Positions 60,740 through 64,000 of a stretch of DNA of 64,000 nt are shown piece after piece. The notes under the pieces are model-generated. The model worked only from the letters and a program-made list of their open reading frames with translations. It was not told the DNA's origin and did not search any database. Position 1 is the stretch's first letter; each line of letters opens with the position of its first letter. The stretch spans positions 182,528,001 to 182,592,000 of the forward strand of contig OZ024741.1 in the NCBI GenBank assembly GCA_964016885.1, read 5' to 3'. The translations under genes were made by a program, and so were the position numbers. This stretch comes from Eledone cirrhosa. Lineage: Eukaryota.

Positions 60740-60990
60740 ATGTTTCTCTTTTTCTTAATTTCGAGTACATTTTTGACCGGCCACCTTCCTGGTGGCAAGG
60801 TTGTCAAAGAAAAGAAATTGTCATCCCTTGAATCGCAAGAATGTTTTGCTAATTTTGACGGTGGCAGCTATCGCAGCCATTTGTAGTCTACGAATTAAGG
60901 AGCTGCGCTCTTTGTCCACAAATCCAAGTTCAGTTATACTTTGGTCCAAACGGGTTGGTATATAACCATAACCTGTAACTCCAATAATTA
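60740..60990 (-). mobile_element. R4/Dong 3' fragment between (TATG)n tracts
   Basis: Minus translation LIRRLQMAAIAATVKISKTFLRF resembles LVRKLQVQSINGTVKICKTFQKF at about 50205-50280. Confidence 0.65.
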
Positions 60991-61044
60991 TATGTATGTA
61001 TGCATGTATATATGTATATGCATGCGTGCATGTGTATGCATATG

Positions 61045-61500
61045 CGCGGGGACATAGAAATAAACCGGCTGGATACCCGATTGCGCGGTTAAACCACTGG
61101 GAGTGAAGGACCTCTAGTCTTTATCAGGGCATTCTTCTAGGAGAAGGCAACTCATGAGACTGGGATAACTCCGAAATAAAACCTGCGGCTCAGTAGTAAC
61201 TGATGATGTTAATCTTTTCTTCTTTTCGGGTTATAGTTACTGTCGCTCTGAGTGTAGGATTGGCTCAGTTCACGCACAGGCATTGCAGGATAGCATTAAT
61301 TAATAATTTATGGTCTGAGTTCAAATCCCGCCGAGGTTAACTTTGCCTTTCATCCTTACGGGGTCGATAAAATAAAGTACCAGTAATGCACTGGGTAATT
61401 GCTGGCCTTGTGCCAAAAGTAGGAACAATTAATTAATAATTACTAATAATGGTATATCGTGCAATGGCCATACTTGATAATGAGGGGGCAGCCATCATGT
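61045..61500 (+). mobile_element. RTE-related non-autonomous element interrupted by a family A SINE (61309-61427, TSD attaattaataatt)
   Basis: ctaggagaaggcaactc motif. 3' end ggccatacttgataatgagggggcagccatcatgtatg is shared with 62496-62540. Confidence 0.55.
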
Positions 61501-61569
61501 ATGTATGTATGAATGTATGTTTGTATGTATGTGTAAATGTATGTTTGTATGTGTGTATGTATGTATGTG

Positions 61570-61837
61570 TGTATTTCACAAATTTTTGCCAATAGAGAGA
61601 GAGAGAGAGTCGGTTTCTAACATAGACACATTGGAATTTACACAACATCAACTAGGTAGATATGTATGCATGCCTGCATGCATGCATGTGTAGATATGGA
61701 TGTTATTGTATGTGTGGAGGTGGATGTTTTGAGTTGTATGTGTGCATGTGTATATGCAGTTATTAGATGCAACATTTTTGGAATGTTTTACATATTTTAA
61801 ATGGATTGTACTTGTAATTTCCTAACTAGTTGTGTTC
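61570..61837 (-). mobile_element. 3' fragment of the same R4/Dong family as 48982-50500
   Basis: Reverse complement of about 50197-50485 with deletions. (TATG)n flanks. Confidence 0.8.
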
Positions 61838-61920
61838 ATGTTTGTATGTATGTATGTATATTTGTATGTATGTATGTATATTTGTATGTATGTATATTTG
61901 TTTTTATGTATGTATGTATG

Positions 61921-62530
61921 TCAGGTCACCAGTTGGTGCTACTGGTAACATGCATCCCAGTACAACCTGTCTCATGGTCGGGTCGTTGGCGACTAAACTG
62001 GCAACCCCACCAAGGTTTCTTGGTGAGGACGGTAACTTTGGACATCCTGCAGGACTAAAAACAAAACCTGTCAAAGGGCAAAGGAGCTCTTAAGAGTCAA
62101 TGGCCATCCAAAATCACCGGGAGAGATGACCCCTTAGCATTTGTCAAGGCAGAATTCTAGGAGAAGGAAAACTCTGATATAACACCTGCAACCTTGATGG
62201 TATCCAATGATGTTGACTTTTTCTTCTTTTTGGTAAATATCATCTTGGTTAAGAGAGTGGGACTGGCTTTGTGCAGTGCCTTTGCTCACTATAAAAGCTT
62301 CACGGCACAGGCATTGCTTTATATCTGGAGATCTCTCTGCACTTGTCGTCACATGGTACCATGGGCCCAGCACTATATGTCAATAATTGTCACAAGTGTA
62401 GTGTTTGTACCAGAGTTTTCAAGTCGCTGGCTGGACTAAAAAGTCACACTCGTTCAGCGCATCGGTAGGGGTTCTCTTACATGGATATAAAGTAGTGGCC
62501 GTACTCGAAAACGAGTTGGCAGCCACCATG
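61921..62530 (+). mobile_element. RTE-related non-autonomous element
   Basis: gcgactaaactggcaacccc and ctaggagaaggaaaactctga resemble RTE 5'UTR motifs. No ORF. (TATG)n flanks. Confidence 0.55.
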
Positions 62531-62689
62531 TATGTATGTATGGATGGATGGAGTGCAGCAGTGGTGGTAGTAGTTGTCTCAAGGTTGGTGGTGGTGGAGG
62601 AGGTGTTGGTGTTGGTGGTGGTGGTGGATGTTGAGATGATGATACTGATAGTAATGATGTTAATAATAATCCTGTTGTTAGTGGTGGTG

Positions 62690-62762
62690 GGAATGATAGT
62701 GATGATGATGATGATGATGATGATGATAGTGGTATTGATGATGATGATGATGATAGTGGTAC

Positions 62763-62793
<31 letters not shown>

Positions 62794-62828
62794 AGTGGTA
62801 CTGATGATGATGATGATGATAGTGGTAC

Positions 62829-62859
<31 letters not shown>

Positions 62860-63203
62860 AGTGGTCCTGATGATGATGATGATAGTGGTACTGATGATGA
62901 TGATGATGATGTTAGTGGTACTGATGATGATGATGATGATGATAGTGGTACTGATGATGATGATGATGATGATGATAGTGGTACTGATAATGATGATGAT
63001 GATAGTGGTACTGATGATGATGATGATGATGATAGTGGTACTGATGATGATGATGATGATGATAGTGGTACTGATGATGATGATGATGATGATAGTGGTA
63101 CTGATGATGATGATGATAGTGGTACTGATGATGATGATGATAGTGGTACTGATGATGATGATGATGATAGAGGTACTGATGATGATGATGATGATAGAGG
63201 TAC

Positions 63204-63237
<34 letters not shown>

Positions 63238-63262
63238 AGAGGCACTGATGATGATGATGATA
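62690..63262. repeat. Higher-order (GAT)n-AGTGGTACT minisatellite
   Basis: Directly visible. Confidence 0.95.
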
Positions 63263-63304
63263 ATTTTCGTGATTTTGATGATAATGAAGTGATTATGATT
63301 ATTA

Positions 63305-64000
63305 TTCTTTTTTTTTTCTTCTTTTGTCATGTGTCAAGTGACAACAAGGACCTCAGGCAGATCATACTTTCCTTTAAATGTTCACACTGCCTAGCAGGTC
63401 TGATCTTTGTCTTTCTATGACACCAATCTTGCAAGGTATTCCAAACCGCTTTGAAAAGCTTTGGATTTTCAATTGGTTTGACCTTCATCACAACTGATAT
63501 CACTTCCACATTATACCCCTGCATTCCAAACAGTCTTGCCAGTTCCACTTTCAATTCGGGGTACTTGGTGATTTTTTCAATCTCTTTACTCGCAATATTC
63601 ATGTCATTTGGTATGGTTACGTCTATGACAGTATTTGTCTTTCTTGTTCAATACGACAATGTCCGGTTGGTGATGCTGCTCAATTATTCTATCAGTTTGT
63701 AAAATATCATCCAGTTCTAAAATTCCTAAATACTTCTATCGACTATCTTCCGGTTCTCTTATTGTTTTTCCCGGTGGCAGTCCTAATCTACTATAGGCTG
63801 CTTTTTCCCTCTTTTCATATTGAGGGCAGAGCATTTAAAGAACCCAAATTCCATACCAATGTCACTGCTCTATATCTGGACTGCTTTAAACAAAGAATCT
63901 ATCTGGTTTTCAGACTTCCCAAACAGTTTCAGGTCATCCATTAACAGAATATAGTTTATGAATGGTTCTTTCTTTCCACATTAGTAACCCATTTTAACTT
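63305..64000 (-). mobile_element. Decayed R4/Dong-like element fragment
   Basis: Minus strand QPDIVVL, EKITKYPELKVELARLFGM; RT remnant with MDDLKLF near 63920-63940. Confidence 0.65.

Overview
AT-rich, microsatellite-saturated eukaryotic DNA with no recognisable host protein-coding gene. The SINE types and the (TA)n/(CA)n/(GA)n density suggest an invertebrate, probably a cephalopod such as Octopus (inference, not verified). Nearly all complex sequence is mobile-element derived: two Tx1/L1-type LINEs (1-1355, 5951-11645), a decayed RTE LINE, R4/Dong and CRE fragments, three Penelope-like elements (PLEs; one with an uninterrupted 1129-codon RT + GIY-YIG frame), Helitrons, a pogo/Tigger remnant, MITEs and tRNA-derived SINEs. 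Most entries in the ORF track are microsatellite artefacts. The most interesting signal is non-coding. About 20 hammerhead-ribozyme (HHR) motifs or variants sit in short elements embedded in (TA)n tracts. They include a 310-bp tandem array with one minimal HHR per unit (32706-34163, retrozyme-like) and partial-tandem units of 434 and about 467 bp. These elements share an asymmetric inverted-end architecture, and in some cases terminal sequence, with the coding PLEs. This suggests a (TA)n-targeted PLE/retrozyme system that may also mobilise a tRNA-headed SINE. All structures were read by eye; coordinates are approximate to a few bases.
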